The notes under the pieces were generated by a model, which worked only from the letters and a program-made list of their open reading frames with translations, was not told the DNA's origin and ran no database searches. The position numbers were made by a program, and so were the translations under genes. A DNA stretch of 63,639 nt, the filler included, from Octopus bimaculoides (taxonomy: Eukaryota), in NCBI RefSeq assembly GCF_001194135.2. It is 9 parts of 8 records of this genome, joined end to end, with 100 filler letters (N's around TTAATTAATTAA, not from the genome) between each part and the next. Parts side by side here need not be neighbours in the genome. Positions count along the whole stretch, not along the records: positions 61,926 to 63,639 come from NC_068985.1; 8 more parts are not named here. The stretch is one strand, 5' to 3'. Every line of letters begins with the position of its first letter. Position 1 is the first letter of the stretch. Shown here piece by piece: positions 62,141-63,639 of the stretch.

Positions 62141-62539
62141 TTCAAGGTCTTGCTGATAAATTGAGACAATTTTTACGATACTTAAAACTGGTTATAAATA
62201 GTAATAGACTGATATAATTTTAATGTAACATTTATTACAACAAAAATATTTATCACTCAATATAGCCGCCACACTAGAAAGAAAATTTTTTGCAGCTGTT
62301 GCAACCTCCGCCTTTTTGATTTTGCGTGTCGCACGCACGATGCAGGTCTTCAAACTGTTGACACTCAAGTGTGGCGAAGCATTGGTCCTTGCTTGAAGTA
62401 CACCCCATAAAAAGTAACCGAGAAAGTTGAGATCTGGTCTATTACTAGGCCAGATAATTGTCTTCACAAAAAATGACACTTTTTCACTGCTTAAGTTAAC
62501 TGCTTAAAATTGGTTTCAATTTATCTGCAACACCCTGTA
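62141..62539 (-). mobile_element. Internally deleted maT-like transposon with both TIRs (~400 bp)
   Basis: TIRs CAGGGTGTTGCAGATAAATTGAAAC and CAAGGTCTTGCTGATAAATTGAGAC. The retained C-terminus reads WPSNRPDLNFLGYFLWGVLQARTNASPHLSVNSLK. Confidence 0.85.
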
Positions 62540-63454
62540 TATATGTGTATGGGTGTCTATGTGTGTATACATTCTTTTAATTTTGATCTTGCTACTGTTC
62601 TCGACATTATTATTGTTTTTGTAGTTATTATTGACATTGTTTTTGCTCTATTATTTCTTTCATCTTTCTAGGGAAATACCCTAGAGAATTTTATGACCAG
62701 CTTCATAGATAGATATTTTGTTTTTTTTTAAAATTATTTTTTCTTTGTTCTTGTTTTGGGAAGTAAAGTAGTAAATAGATTAGCAAAGACAGGATTTCTA
62801 GCAACATTTTTCAGGGTGTTTTTTAATCTGAGTGCGCCATTACAAAGGTGTCCACATTGCAACAGGGGTCCACATTGCAACAGGGGTCTACACTGGAAAC
62901 TACTAGTCTAAAACAATTTTTTTCATGATCCCTGAAAAATCACTGTGCCAATTCACTACCTTGTATCTGAGGACTCTTTGTTTTGGATTGACCCTCTGTT
63001 TTAATTTTTTTTTTGTCCATGTTTGTTTCCTCGTAAGACATAGCCACCAGGTGATGGGGTGGTATGACTCTTTGGGTAGTATTTTTTGTTTTCTTTGTTC
63101 CTTTGTTTATTTGTAACTAGTCACAAGAAACGCCCGACAATCGAATGGAAGCATTTAATTAGTGTAAAGTAATAAATGTCCTTAAAGTCGGTAGATCTGA
63201 CTTGCAGAACAAAGCACGACACAAGAGGAAGCACCTACGCTGAAATAGAGTTGAAAAAGTTTTCAAATTCATAAATATTAAGAGTGATTTTAAGTAATAT
63301 CTTCTGAATATGGAAAATTGTTACCTAATGAATGTATGGGGTACAATATATATTATATTATATGTATATAATATATTATATTATATTATATATATATGTG
63401 TATATATATGTATGTATATATATATATAAATATTTATTTATTTATTTATGTGTG

Positions 63455-63639
63455 TCTTTGTGTCTGTATTTGTCCCTCCCCACCATCACTTGACAACCGA
63501 TGTTGGTATGCTTACGTCTTCGTAACTTAGCGGTTGGGGAAAAAGAAAGCGATAGATAAGTACCAGGCTTACAAAGAATAAGCGATGGGGTCGATTTCTT
63601 CGACTAAAAGGCGGTGCTCCAGCATGACCGCAGTCAAAT
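63455..63639 (+). mobile_element. SINE family A/B, B module running off the window
   Basis: Close match to the other B modules. Confidence 0.85.

Noticed and set aside
62850-62895. 18-bp tandem duplication TCCACATTGCAACAGGGG x2
   Set aside because: A trivial local slippage duplication with no further structure.

Overview
This is a repeat-dense, gappy eukaryotic window, most likely from a coleoid cephalopod such as Octopus. That assignment is inferred from the SINE families and the (TA)n/(CA)n/(TACA)n microsatellite load. No host protein-coding gene can be identified with confidence. Almost all listed ORFs are microsatellite or N-gap read-throughs, or fragments of dead transposons. The window contains: (i) many tRNA-derived SINE copies in three families, which I call A/B, C and D; (ii) non-LTR retroelement relics of RTE, HERO-like (x2), Tx1/L1-like and R4/Dong-like type, the last in a cluster; (iii) two pieces of one Penelope-like (PLE) family, one capped by inverted pseudo-LTRs; (iv) Tc1, maT-like and Helitron relics, several TA-CAGGG-ended MITEs and fold-back hairpins. 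The most interesting signal is a set of minimal type-I hammerhead-ribozyme-like motifs with short palindromic stem III. One sits in each inverted PLE pLTR, one with a long stem II sits at 38.4 kb, and four occur in a short non-coding repeat whose core carries U instead of the conserved A6 in every copy. Eight 100-bp N44-TTAATTAATTAA-N44 blocks are synthetic assembly spacers, so distances across them are unknown. All family names come from motif recognition by eye and need database confirmation.
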